The notes: generated by a model from the sequence alone, not told the origin. A stretch of 64,000 nucleotides of DNA from an uncultured Actinomycetes bacterium (GCA_946803585.1 CAMPEQ010000005.1:91607-155606), one strand, 5' to 3'; shown: positions 29,316 through 38,077, counted from the first letter of the stretch. Translations and numbers: made by a program.

Positions 29316-29504
29316 ACCGTCTCGCCTCTTAGTTGATCTACCCAACACCACAAGCGATCATGATGCCTCTTCCTTGATCAAAAAGTAGAACATCCGACAC
29401 GACAGTCCGAAGTTCATCCATTCGAAGGAGCCGTCACGTGAACGATCCCCAGCTCTGACGGTAAGCGAGGACAGGGACACCATGCCCGACTAACTGTTCT
29501 GCAG

Positions 29505-29534
29505 TTACAGAGCGTTCGATTACCGAGCGTTCGA
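29505..29534. repeat. 15-bp tandem repeat x2 (1 mismatch) between tRNA-Arg and the M15 peptidase gene
   Basis: ttacAgagcgttcga (29505-29519) and ttacCgagcgttcga (29520-29534). An inverted half-site tcgaac lies at 29554-29559. Confidence 0.85.
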
Positions 29535-29610
29535 CCTTGAGGTGAGACCAAGATCGAACATCTTCGGCCAGCAATCCAAATGTGGTGCGTCGTGCGAGAG
29601 ACTCGCGAAG

Positions 29611-29682
29611 CACCCCCGGAAGGAATCGAACCCTCACGCATGGGGTAGAAACCCACTGCTCTATCCGTTGAGCTACGGGGGC
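29611..29682 (-). tRNA. tRNA-Arg (anticodon UCU)
   Basis: Manual cloverleaf: acceptor GCCCCCG/CGGGGGT, D arm GCTC-AACGGATA-GAGC, anticodon stem GTGGG/CCCAT with loop TTTCTAC, T arm GAGGG-TTCGATT-CCTTC. No encoded CCA. Confidence 0.9.
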
Positions 29683-29743
29683 CAGACAACTGAGTGTGTC
29701 GGCGAACGCCATCCTACAACTATCACGACGCCGACCGATGCGA

Positions 29744-31090
29744 CTACGACACGACAACCGGCCGAGGTCGTTGCCTTCGTACTTGAATCAGTAGAACGCC
29801 AGCTACCAGCAATGCGGCCGCTAGATAGATCAATCCGCGGTACGGCTGGAACCCCGTCTGAAGGTCGGGCTCGAAGTAGACGAACGTCATTGCAATCGGG
29901 ACAGCAAACCAAACGGCATGGGCACCTAGTGCGAGTAACGGCACCAGCAGTAGCGCATACCACTGGTAGGACGGGGTCAGAACTAGGAACATCACTGCGA
30001 CAGTGACCGCGCCGGTTAGCCACGGCTGCACTGGATCTGTGTAGACCAATGCCCATACCGCGACTGCCAGCAAGATGAGCACGGCCAGTGGTTCGACCCA
30101 CCCATCAGGAAGGGCTAGCTTGAGAACAGCGAAGCGGCCACCGGCCTCTTCTTCTGCGTAGCCGCCGAGGAAGCCCGTCACCGCCAAACCCTGACTCCAC
30201 ACGTAAGGCAAATAGACCAATACAACCGCCACGATGAACGAAGCAATGATTGCCACCGGTCGACGTCTGATAACCGATGGCATCAGCACCGCTGGCAGGA
30301 GTTTGGTCGCTGTTGCCAGACCTAGCGCGATGCCGCCACCAATGGCGTCCCTCGTGCGCAGCGTTGCTTGCCGCGCAAGCAGGCCTAATCCGACCACAAC
30401 GAGTAATGCGCTGACCCCGTCAACGTGGGCGTTGTTGCCCAGTTCAATCACCACCAGCGGACACCAACTCCAGAGCACCGCCCGCCGCGGATCTGAACCA
30501 CGGGCTCTGGCAATCAACAGCAGTGCACCGGTAACAGCGACTCCCATCAGTCCGGCAGCGATCTGCAGAGGTAATGCTTGGGAGCCACTCGGTGAAAGCG
30601 TCTCAACCGCAAGGAAGTAGAACTGTGCCACCGGCGGATAGATCGTCTTCACGGTTGGGCGATTCATCAGCGGGCAGTCAGTGGTCACGCCCTCCTGCGG
30701 ACACGTCCGCCCTTCAGGGAACAGCCACGGGTCACGCAACTGTGCCAGCACTGGGTCGATTGGGGCGTGCTCGTATGGATTGATGCCAGCGGACTGCACT
30801 CGACCATCCCAGGCATAGCGGTAGTAGTCCGTACTCGTTTGCGGCGGGGATGTCATCGCGACAACCTGCAAGACCGCACCGCCGCCGAGGATGAGCCAGA
30901 TCGCGACACGCTTCGGAGAACGCAACACGGCGTAGGCGGCGACACCGAATAGCGCCCACATCGCCGTCAACTGCCAGAGGATGCTGACGCTGGCTTCGGG
31001 ACGCTCCCCCGCGTGGACGATTCCCCAGGTGAGCGCGACCAGACCTAGGAATCCGAGCACGCTAACCGCAGTCGCCACCCGTCGATTCAC
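29744..31090 (-). CDS. Polytopic GT-C-fold membrane glycosyltransferase (DUF2029 / GT87-like, polyprenyl-phosphate-sugar dependent)
   Basis: 448 aa, more than 10 TM helices. First loop TSTDYYRYAWDGRVQSAGINPYEH...NRPTVKTIYPPVAQFYF is typical of mannosyltransferase-like GT-C enzymes. Confidence 0.6.
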   Translation of the reverse strand: MNRRVATAVSVLGFLGLVALTWGIVHAGERPEASVSILWQLTAMWALFGVAAYAVLRSPKRVAIWLILGGGAVLQVVAMTSPPQTSTDYYRYAWDGRVQSAGINPYEHAPIDPVLAQLRDPWLFPEGRTCPQEGVTTDCPLMNRPTVKTIYPPVAQFYFLAVETLSPSGSQALPLQIAAGLMGVAVTGALLLIARARGSDPRRAVLWSWCPLVVIELGNNAHVDGVSALLVVVGLGLLARQATLRTRDAIGGGIALGLATATKLLPAVLMPSVIRRRPVAIIASFIVAVVLVYLPYVWSQGLAVTGFLGGYAEEEAGGRFAVLKLALPDGWVEPLAVLILLAVAVWALVYTDPVQPWLTGAVTVAVMFLVLTPSYQWYALLLVPLLALGAHAVWFAVPIAMTFVYFEPDLQTGFQPYRGLIYLAAALLVAGVLLIQVRRQRPRPVVVS

Positions 31091-31153
31091 ACCGCCACAT
31101 TGCCATATTCCGGCCTATTCACCCGCTTGAACGCGATTTGCGGCTAGGTTGCA

Positions 31154-32365
31154 ATGGTGGGTCTCCTCGATAAGCCGCCGCCGATACTCCCTTTTAAACC
31201 TGGGGCGTTTTCCTCGACCCTGCGCAGTGACAAGGTCACGAGCAAGATCGGGATCGCCCTCGCCGCGTGTGTCGCGATCTGTTTCATCACGGGCCTGTGG
31301 AGTCACTATCAGCAGCACCCGCTTGATTGGCTGACAATTCCCACCGCGCCGGTGTGGGGTTATCGCCTGTCCCAAGGGCTGCACGTCGCTACCGGTATCG
31401 CGGCGATTCCGTTGCTCCTACTCAAGCTTTGGTCGGTCTACCCTCGGCTCTTCGAATGGCCGCCGGTTAAGTCGGCGGCACACGGACTCGAACGGCTCTT
31501 CATTGCCGTTCTCGTTGCCTCGATGATCTTTCAGCTCGCGACCGGGCTGATCAATATTTCCCAGTGGTACCCGTGGACGTTCCCCTTCACCCAAACCCAC
31601 TTCGCAATCTCGTTTGTGATCGTTGGCGCGCTGTTCATCCACCTCGCTGTCAAGGCCCCGAAGATCGTGGCAGCCCTCAAGGGGCCCAAACCGAGAGTCG
31701 TGGCCGAGCCGGGCAATGAGGTGCCGGCAGAACCGGTCGAGGGGCAACCACAACCTGTCGGCTCGGGCGAGGGCATCTCGCGTCGCAACCTATTCATTGT
31801 TGCGGGAGCCTCCGTTGGCGCTGTCACTATTACTACCGTTGGTCAGACCGTCACGGCGCTAGAGCCGGTTGCTGCGTTCGCTCCGCGAGTGCCCACGCTG
31901 AGCCCGCAGGGACTCCCGGTCAACAAGACCGCTGCGTCTGCGAAGGTAACGCCAGCCCTCGTCGGCGGCGATTACCGACTCGACATCGATGGCCCAACGC
32001 CGCTGTCACTGTCCATTGATGACCTTCAGGCAATGCCGCAAACAGATGTCGAGCTACCAATCGCCTGCGTTGAAGGGTGGAGTGCCTCGGCGATGTGGAC
32101 CGGTATCCGACTTGCTGATCTGCTCGACGCTGCGGGAATCGACCCGTCCAGCACAATCCAGGTCGTGTCACTGGAGACCGGCGGCAACTACGGCACCAGC
32201 ATCGTTGCTGCCAACTTCGCCCGCGATCCGCTGACCGTTATGGCGATGCGGATCGGCGGAGAGGAACTCTCCCTCGATCACGGCTACCCGATTCGACTGG
32301 TCGCTCCCAACCGTCCGGGAGTCCTGCAGACTAAGTGGATCCATCGAATCGAGGTGATGGCGTGA
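31154..32365 (+). CDS. Molybdopterin-dependent oxidoreductase (sulfite-oxidase/YedY fold) fused to an N-terminal 4-5 TM domain
   Basis: 403 aa. C-terminal LPIACVEGWSASAMWTGIRLADLL...GGEELSLDHGYPIRLVAPNRPGVLQTKWIHRIEV. Confidence 0.8.
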   Translation: MVGLLDKPPPILPFKPGAFSSTLRSDKVTSKIGIALAACVAICFITGLWSHYQQHPLDWLTIPTAPVWGYRLSQGLHVATGIAAIPLLLLKLWSVYPRLFEWPPVKSAAHGLERLFIAVLVASMIFQLATGLINISQWYPWTFPFTQTHFAISFVIVGALFIHLAVKAPKIVAALKGPKPRVVAEPGNEVPAEPVEGQPQPVGSGEGISRRNLFIVAGASVGAVTITTVGQTVTALEPVAAFAPRVPTLSPQGLPVNKTAASAKVTPALVGGDYRLDIDGPTPLSLSIDDLQAMPQTDVELPIACVEGWSASAMWTGIRLADLLDAAGIDPSSTIQVVSLETGGNYGTSIVAANFARDPLTVMAMRIGGEELSLDHGYPIRLVAPNRPGVLQTKWIHRIEVMA

Positions 32366-32859
32366 GTGCTCAAAGCGAGATGAGTCCGGAACCACTGGCG
32401 AGTAAGCGACCCTCAGCTGGCCGAATCGCGATGGTGGGTGCCGGGGTGATCTTCCTGGCGATCGGAGCCTACGCGCTGCTGTCTCAGGTCGCCCTCGACA
32501 CCTTGCCGAATATGATCGTCTGGCTGGCAGGCGGGCTCATCCTTCATGACGTGGTGATCGCCGCGGTAGTCGCTGCAGTCGGATTCGTCCTCGGGCGCTG
32601 GCTACCCGACGGGGTTCGACAAATCGTGGCGGGCGGACTCATCGTGGCCGGCATCATCGCGCTCGTGGCGCTACCTGTCGTCATCGGCGGTGGCCGAACC
32701 CCATCTAACCCGACCCTGTTACCGCTGGACTACAGCCGGAACCTCCTCATCGTCGTGGTGATTATCGGAGCGATCACCGGGTGCCTCGTAGCGATCCGGT
32801 TGGTGCGCAGTCGAGGCGTGCAGCAGTCTGGGAGTCCCAGCACATCAGGAACTGACTGA
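32362..32859 (+). CDS. Small polytopic membrane protein, unknown function
   Basis: GTG start overlapping the upstream TGA (GTGA) chosen over the track's 32335. Four hydrophobic helices. Confidence 0.5.
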   Translation: MSAQSEMSPEPLASKRPSAGRIAMVGAGVIFLAIGAYALLSQVALDTLPNMIVWLAGGLILHDVVIAAVVAAVGFVLGRWLPDGVRQIVAGGLIVAGIIALVALPVVIGGGRTPSNPTLLPLDYSRNLLIVVVIIGAITGCLVAIRLVRSRGVQQSGSPSTSGTD

Positions 32860-34125
32860 TCGACTGCCAACCAAACTTGCAGTAAACGACATGAAGTGGC
32901 GACCATGCATCGTCCAGGACTCGGTGTGGTGAAAGCCGGCATCGACAACCCGACGTCGGGCTGCCTGCGGACCTAGCTGCGCCCAGTAGAAGACCGCACT
33001 GCGGGCGGCCGTTTCGCTCGCTAGTTGCACGGCCAGCACCTCATCGGTCTCGTGAGCGGTCGGCTCAACGAGTAGTCGTCCACCCGGTTTGAGTAGCTCG
33101 CGAATCCGCGTCAAGAGCCGCTGGGGGTCACCTGAGATCCCCAAGTTCCCATCCGCTAACAACACCGTGTCCCATTCGCCCTCCCGCGGAATCGGGTCAA
33201 ACACCGATCCGCAGTGCGCCTGGGCACCCGCCTGGCGCGCAAGTTCTACCGCTGACCTGGTGACGTCTACGCCCAAGCTCGGCAGGCCTCGTTTGGCGAG
33301 CTCGACGGTCAGACGACCTGGCCCACAACCGATATCGAGGGTGGCGCCATCACAGCGCTCAAGTAGCGAGTGGTCTGCCTCGTCGGCATCAGAACGCCAG
33401 CGGTGAACATTGAGTTCGACCTTGCGCCCGTCGGCAACTGCCAGATGGAGCGTCTCGCCGAACCGCAACGCGGAGTCATAGGAATGATCGTCATCGGGCC
33501 ACGAGTGCGCCGATTTGATGAGCTCGAACTCCATCGCGAAGCGACTTGATACGGACTCAGTAGCGACCTTATGGGCGTCGGCGACCGTGTCGACGTCACG
33601 TTGAATCGGCATCAGCCCCACTGTCATTCCGGCCTGCACCAGCCGGGCCGCCTGCTCGCGACCGGTGAACTCGGTACTCATCGGAACACCAGGAAAAACG
33701 CGGGGATCTGGCTCACGCATCGCAATAGCCCAGAACCCGCCGTCGTAGGTTGGTCCAATCCACGCGTCGACCTCTGAGAAGTCAACGGCCAAATCGGCCG
33801 GGCTGATTTGTGGAGTGTCCATTCCGACCAACAATGCTGGCCCGTCGGCGATCTCAAAGGCACCGGCCAGCCGAGCATCGAGTCCCCCGGAAACCTGTTC
33901 TACTACCTCAAATCCTGCCGGAATCCAGTCCCCCGGATTACCATCCAGGACGAGTACTCGTCGGCGCGCATGCGCAGCCGCAACCGTCTCCAGGGTGTCT
34001 CGTAGGGCCGCCATTGCCAGCGATGCTGCCTGGTCGGGCGACATCGCTGGGGTGAGACGGGTCTTCACTTTTCCAGCGACCGGCTCCTTTGCTAGTACGA
34101 GCAGTGTCAGATCGTCTGGACTCAC
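32845..34125 (-). CDS. Fusion protein: DUF2064 / TIGR04282-like nucleotidyl/glycosyl-transferase-like domain + class I SAM methyltransferase
   Basis: N-terminal LLVLAKEPVAGKVKTRLTP...GGLDARLAGAF...LLVGMDTPQ (DUF2064 pattern). C-terminal LDIGCGPGRLTVELAKRG...LLKPGGRLLVE. GTGA overlap with the GT2 stop. Confidence 0.7.
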   Translation of the reverse strand: MSPDDLTLLVLAKEPVAGKVKTRLTPAMSPDQAASLAMAALRDTLETVAAAHARRRVLVLDGNPGDWIPAGFEVVEQVSGGLDARLAGAFEIADGPALLVGMDTPQISPADLAVDFSEVDAWIGPTYDGGFWAIAMREPDPRVFPGVPMSTEFTGREQAARLVQAGMTVGLMPIQRDVDTVADAHKVATESVSSRFAMEFELIKSAHSWPDDDHSYDSALRFGETLHLAVADGRKVELNVHRWRSDADEADHSLLERCDGATLDIGCGPGRLTVELAKRGLPSLGVDVTRSAVELARQAGAQAHCGSVFDPIPREGEWDTVLLADGNLGISGDPQRLLTRIRELLKPGGRLLVEPTAHETDEVLAVQLASETAARSAVFYWAQLGPQAARRRVVDAGFHHTESWTMHGRHFMSFTASLVGSRSVSS

Positions 34126-34832
34126 GCACCCTCGATTCGCTGGTCCGGCTTGCTCACCAGAACTGCACTCATGTCCTTGACCGCAGTGACGGTTCCGCGC
34201 ACAGTACCGGTCACTTTGGATCGTCCTACCCGTGGCGCGTACCCAACCGGAAACTCCTCGATCGTCCAGCCTGCTCGGGCAGCTCTAATTACCGTCTCGA
34301 GCGGATAACCAGACCGGCGATCTTCGATCCCGAGAGCGAGCAGACGGGCACGGTCGGCTACCCGCACCGGCGCAATATCGCGGATCTGCGCACCCGTAGC
34401 GCGTCGTACCCGCCAGGCCAGAAATCGGTTGGCAACCCTGGCGTGAATAGGCCAACCGCTGCCACGCTCCGCGTTGCGCCACCCCACGGCAAGGTCCGCC
34501 GAACCTTCCGCTACTGCGGTAACCAAGGTGGGCAACTCCGCGAGATCTAACGACGCGTCCGCATCGCAAAACGCAACGAGATCAGCAGTTGCTTCCTCTA
34601 ACCCGCGGTGGCAGGCGGCACCGTAGCCTTTGCGCTGCTCATGAACGACGACCGCACCTAGCCCGGCCGCGATTTGCGGTGAGCCGTCCGTGGATCCGTT
34701 GTCCACCACAATGGCTCGATACCCCCGAGGAAGGCCCGCTAAGACGATAGGAAGCGCCTTGGCTTCATCGAGGCACGGAAGGATCACATCGATCAACGGC
34801 GAACCGCTAGCGGCGTCTCCGGATTCGGTCAT
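34122..34832 (-). CDS. Glycosyltransferase family 2 (polyprenyl-phosphate sugar synthase-like)
   Basis: 236 aa. VILPCLDEAKAL...IVVDNGSTDGS...GYGAACHRGL...FCDADASLD. Confidence 0.85.
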   Translation of the reverse strand: MTESGDAASGSPLIDVILPCLDEAKALPIVLAGLPRGYRAIVVDNGSTDGSPQIAAGLGAVVVHEQRKGYGAACHRGLEEATADLVAFCDADASLDLAELPTLVTAVAEGSADLAVGWRNAERGSGWPIHARVANRFLAWRVRRATGAQIRDIAPVRVADRARLLALGIEDRRSGYPLETVIRAARAGWTIEEFPVGYAPRVGRSKVTGTVRGTVTAVKDMSAVLVSKPDQRIEGA

Positions 34833-34924
34833 AGGGCGACAATACGGTCGCGACGATCACGTTCGAGCGCGCCCTACCCGAATTAGTAGTTGCCACGGCC
34901 TTTGACACATCGGCTCGCCCGTCG

Positions 34925-36001
34925 CTACCGGGGCGCACCCGCGCCGTCGTTAGCTCTGCGGGTCGCGAGTTCTGCCATCCCCTCGTCAAACCCTTCAACT
35001 GCCTGCCACCCCAAGGCCTTCGACGCGCGCTGACTCGAGGCGGTGATGTGGCGAACATCCCCAACCCGAAACTGACCCGTGACTTCTGGGGGCTGACCCC
35101 CGACTGCGCTCGACAGGGAGCTAGCCATCTCACCCACTGTCCGGGGTACGCCACTGCCCACGTTGTACGACGTAGTGCGCCCGGCATGCTCGACCTTGAG
35201 CGCGGCCAAACAAGCGCGCGCGACATCGCGAACGTGAACAAAGTCCCGGCGCTGCATTCCATCCTCGAACACCTGTGGCGCCTGGCCGTTGTTGAGCATC
35301 GAGACGAAGAGCGCGGCGACCCCGGCATAGGGGGTGTCGCGCGGAAGGCGCCGACCGTAGACGTTGTGAAAACGCAGGTTCACTCCCGTTCCCGCGGTGA
35401 CTCGTGCCCACACCTCGAGCAGCATCTCCTGGCTCACTTTGGATGCCGCATACACATTGGCAGGGGCCAATGGCGCATCCTCCTCGACCAGAGCCGGACC
35501 TAGTTCCGTGCCGCAATCGAGGCAGTGCGCCTCGAACCGACCAGCCTGCAGATCCGCGAATTCGCGAGGAGCAGGAGCCGTCAACCCATGTGAGGGGCAG
35601 CGACCTAGTCCGGCACCATAAACAACCATCGAGCTCGCTTGCACGATCCGATCAACCCCCGCCGTGGCGGCCTGCTGGGCGAGCATCGCAGTTCCTACGT
35701 CATTGCAGCTCACATAGTCAACGGCATCGCTGACTCCGTTACCCAAACCGACCTTCGCTGCCAGATGGATAACTGCGTCAACTCCTTGCAGAGCCGTGCC
35801 CATCGCATCGGAATCACGCACGTCTCCTCTTTGGAGCTCAACGTGGGCCATCGGCTCGCGAATGCCTCCACAATCCGGCGCAGCGGCAGCCGACTCGACA
35901 TCGCGTAAGTCAAGAACGCGGACCTCATGGCCTGAATCCAATGCCTGCTCAACAACATGAGATCCGATGAATCCGAGGCCACCTGTGACGAGGAGTCGCA
36001 T
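34925..36001 (-). CDS. NAD-dependent epimerase/dehydratase (SDR) with an inserted Cys/His zinc-ribbon-like segment
   Basis: 358 aa. VTGGLGFIGSHV Rossmann motif, YAASK catalytic motif. Insert GRCPSHG...x22...HCLDCG between them. Confidence 0.85.
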   Translation of the reverse strand: MRLLVTGGLGFIGSHVVEQALDSGHEVRVLDLRDVESAAAAPDCGGIREPMAHVELQRGDVRDSDAMGTALQGVDAVIHLAAKVGLGNGVSDAVDYVSCNDVGTAMLAQQAATAGVDRIVQASSMVVYGAGLGRCPSHGLTAPAPREFADLQAGRFEAHCLDCGTELGPALVEEDAPLAPANVYAASKVSQEMLLEVWARVTAGTGVNLRFHNVYGRRLPRDTPYAGVAALFVSMLNNGQAPQVFEDGMQRRDFVHVRDVARACLAALKVEHAGRTTSYNVGSGVPRTVGEMASSLSSAVGGQPPEVTGQFRVGDVRHITASSQRASKALGWQAVEGFDEGMAELATRRANDGAGAPR

Positions 36002-36032
36002 TCGGCGGATTCTAGTGTCTAGCCGACCCTGC

Positions 36033-36236
36033 CTAGGAGCGGCGCGCGCGTCGACGGCTCGGCGTCATACCGAGCCGGGCGCGTAGCCTCGCCTCGACCT
36101 GGCGGAGCTTGCGGCGACGGGTGTGAATCAACTGCGAACGCTGTCCGCGCACGACCATCTCGTCATCGCCGATGGCTCGACCGAGCGCCTCGACGGCAAC
36201 TCCGCGCATCGCTCGCACCAACTCTGCATCGACCAC
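36033..36236 (-). CDS. Possible small Arg-rich protein (67 aa) heading the epimerase operon; speculative
   Basis: GTG-start ORF ending 31 nt upstream of the epimerase ATG. No SD, no recognised motif. High GC3 alone does not prove coding. Confidence 0.25.
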   Translation of the reverse strand: MVDAELVRAMRGVAVEALGRAIGDDEMVVRGQRSQLIHTRRRKLRQVEARLRARLGMTPSRRRARRS

Positions 36237-36311
36237 GAGTCGAGCATAGGCAGGCTAGAGATGCCACCCTGCCAACGACACAGGTCGCTGCGCTTACCGG
36301 TCCGATGCCAC

Positions 36312-36329
36312 GGCGAGATCTATCTCGCC
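36312..36329. promoter_or_regulatory. 8+8 bp palindrome 13 nt upstream of the orn start
   Basis: ggcgagat-ct-atctcgcc. Confidence 0.35.
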
Positions 36330-36341
36330 TAAGGTTCATGG

Positions 36342-36959
36342 ATGGCTACTGATGACCGACTCGTTTGGGTCGACTGCGAAATGACTGGACTGAGCCTGAC
36401 CGATGATGCCCTCATTGAGGTTGCGTGTGTCGTGACGGACTCGGAACTCAACGAGCTCGATGAAGGCGTTTCCGTGGTGATTCGGCCACCCGCGGCCGCG
36501 ATGGAACAAATGAGCGACTTCGTCCGCAATATGCACGAGGAATCCGGCCTCATTCATGAGCTCGATGCCGGACTCACGATGGCCGAGGCAGAGCAAATCG
36601 TGCTCGACTACCTAAAGTCCCACCTCGGTGATGACGCCCGCGCTCCACTTGGTGGCTCAAGCGTCTACGTCGATCGTGGCTTCATCGCCCGGGATATGCC
36701 TGCCTTCAACGATGCCTTGCACTACCGCCTCTTGGATGTGTCGAGCTTCAAGGAGGTCGTACGTCGGTGGTATCCCAAGGTCTACTACGCCAGCCCCCAG
36801 AAGCACGGCGGACACCGCGCAATGGCTGATGCCCGCGAATCAATCGCTGAGCTTCGCTACTACCGCGAGGCGATTCTCGTTCCGCCGCCTGGTCCTGACA
36901 CGGCAACAGCACGCGAGATCGCGGCCAAACACGTGTTGGGCGCTGCCGGGCAGTCGTAA
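36342..36959 (+). CDS. orn: Oligoribonuclease (DEDDh 3'-5' exonuclease)
   Basis: 205 aa. LVWVDCEMTGL, SSVYVDRGFI, HYRLLDVSS, HRAMADARESIAELRYY. Confidence 0.95.
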   Translation: MATDDRLVWVDCEMTGLSLTDDALIEVACVVTDSELNELDEGVSVVIRPPAAAMEQMSDFVRNMHEESGLIHELDAGLTMAEAEQIVLDYLKSHLGDDARAPLGGSSVYVDRGFIARDMPAFNDALHYRLLDVSSFKEVVRRWYPKVYYASPQKHGGHRAMADARESIAELRYYREAILVPPPGPDTATAREIAAKHVLGAAGQS

Positions 36960-36968
36960 GACTGCTAA

Positions 36969-37982
36969 CTAGTACAGCGCGTTGGCCAACGCAGTTCGCG
37001 CAGCAACAACGTCGGGATCCTGATTTCCGACCAGCTCGAACAAGCTCACAAGGTGCTCCCGAGCAGCTTTGCGCTCATCGCCTCCGGTCACCTTGACAGT
37101 CGCAACTAGCCTGGCGAATGCGCCACGAGCATCGCCATCTTGTAGTGCAAAATCGGCTGCCAGTACGGCCGCTTGGACGTCGGTGGCATTAGCATCGGCC
37201 GCCGCAATCGCAGCGCTCTGATCATGCCCGCTCGTACGCCGCATAAGGGCAGCTCGCGTGAGGCCAGCGGTCGCGTCAGGATCATCCGGGAGCCGAGTCA
37301 AGACATCACGGTAGGCAGCTTCAACCCCGTCCCAATCCCCTGCCTCAAAGGCTTCGAAGGCAGCGTCGAACCCTGGATCATCGGCGGGTTCATCAGCCCC
37401 GGGAACTGGATCAGCATCAGTCGCGACCGACTCCTCGCCTTCTGCTTGTGACCCGGGATTCGCCGACACGCCATTCTCGGCCGCGACGTTGATGAGCTCA
37501 TCGATGACCTGCCGAATCTGTGCCTCTGGCATCGCAGACTGAAAGAGCGGAACTGGCTGGCCCTTGATCAGCGCGACTACCGTGGGGATTGCTTGGATCT
37601 GGAAGGCCTGGGCGATACTCGGCTCGGCGTCAACGTTCACTTTGGCTAGCACCCACTTGCCAGCATCCTCCTGCGCCAACTTCTCCATCACAGGCGACAG
37701 CTGCTGACTACCTGGACTACTGGCCGACCAGAGGTCGACAATGACCGGGACGTCGAACGACCGGTCGATTACCTCCGCCTGAAAATCCGCAACCGTCACG
37801 TCGACGACTGCACCGGCGGCAGCAGCGAAGGCCTCCGGATTGGCCGCGCGCTGCTCGGCCCGTTCGGCAGCAGCCTTCTGCTGCTCCCTGGCCTGCGCCA
37901 GGGCGGCTAGATCAACGGCACCTCGTGTGGAGAGACCTGCTGGGTTTGCGGCTGGATTGGGTGGCGGAACCTGCGAACTCAT
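36969..37982 (-). CDS. Thioredoxin-fold + TPR-like co-chaperone (YbbN/CnoX-like), redox-inactive
   Basis: 337 aa. The thioredoxin block VIVDLWSASSPGSQQLSPVMEKLA has SPGS in place of CGPC. Helical TPR-like C-terminus. Confidence 0.8.
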   Translation of the reverse strand: MSSQVPPPNPAANPAGLSTRGAVDLAALAQAREQQKAAAERAEQRAANPEAFAAAAGAVVDVTVADFQAEVIDRSFDVPVIVDLWSASSPGSQQLSPVMEKLAQEDAGKWVLAKVNVDAEPSIAQAFQIQAIPTVVALIKGQPVPLFQSAMPEAQIRQVIDELINVAAENGVSANPGSQAEGEESVATDADPVPGADEPADDPGFDAAFEAFEAGDWDGVEAAYRDVLTRLPDDPDATAGLTRAALMRRTSGHDQSAAIAAADANATDVQAAVLAADFALQDGDARGAFARLVATVKVTGGDERKAAREHLVSLFELVGNQDPDVVAARTALANALY

Positions 37983-38077
37983 GGCCGCTATTCTGCCAGC
38001 CCCGTGGTGGCCTCGGTGCTATTGCCCATACGCCCCGTCCGACGGTCTCCGCAGACGCAGCTCACATCCACGACAAA

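Noticed and set aside
29316-29610. c-di-AMP (ydaO-type) riboswitch upstream of the M15 peptidase
   Set aside because: I could not find the conserved core blocks recalled for this class (GGGGACCCA / GGGGUGAAUC / GGUAGGG-like) on the sense strand. It is kept only as a 'long leader' finding pending a covariance-model scan.
29316-29743. Integrative element at tRNA-Arg (direct repeats next to the tRNA 3' end)
   Set aside because: There is no integrase, excisionase or phage/plasmid gene on either side. The 15-bp repeat does not duplicate the tRNA 3' end. Flanking genes are ordinary envelope genes with native-looking composition.
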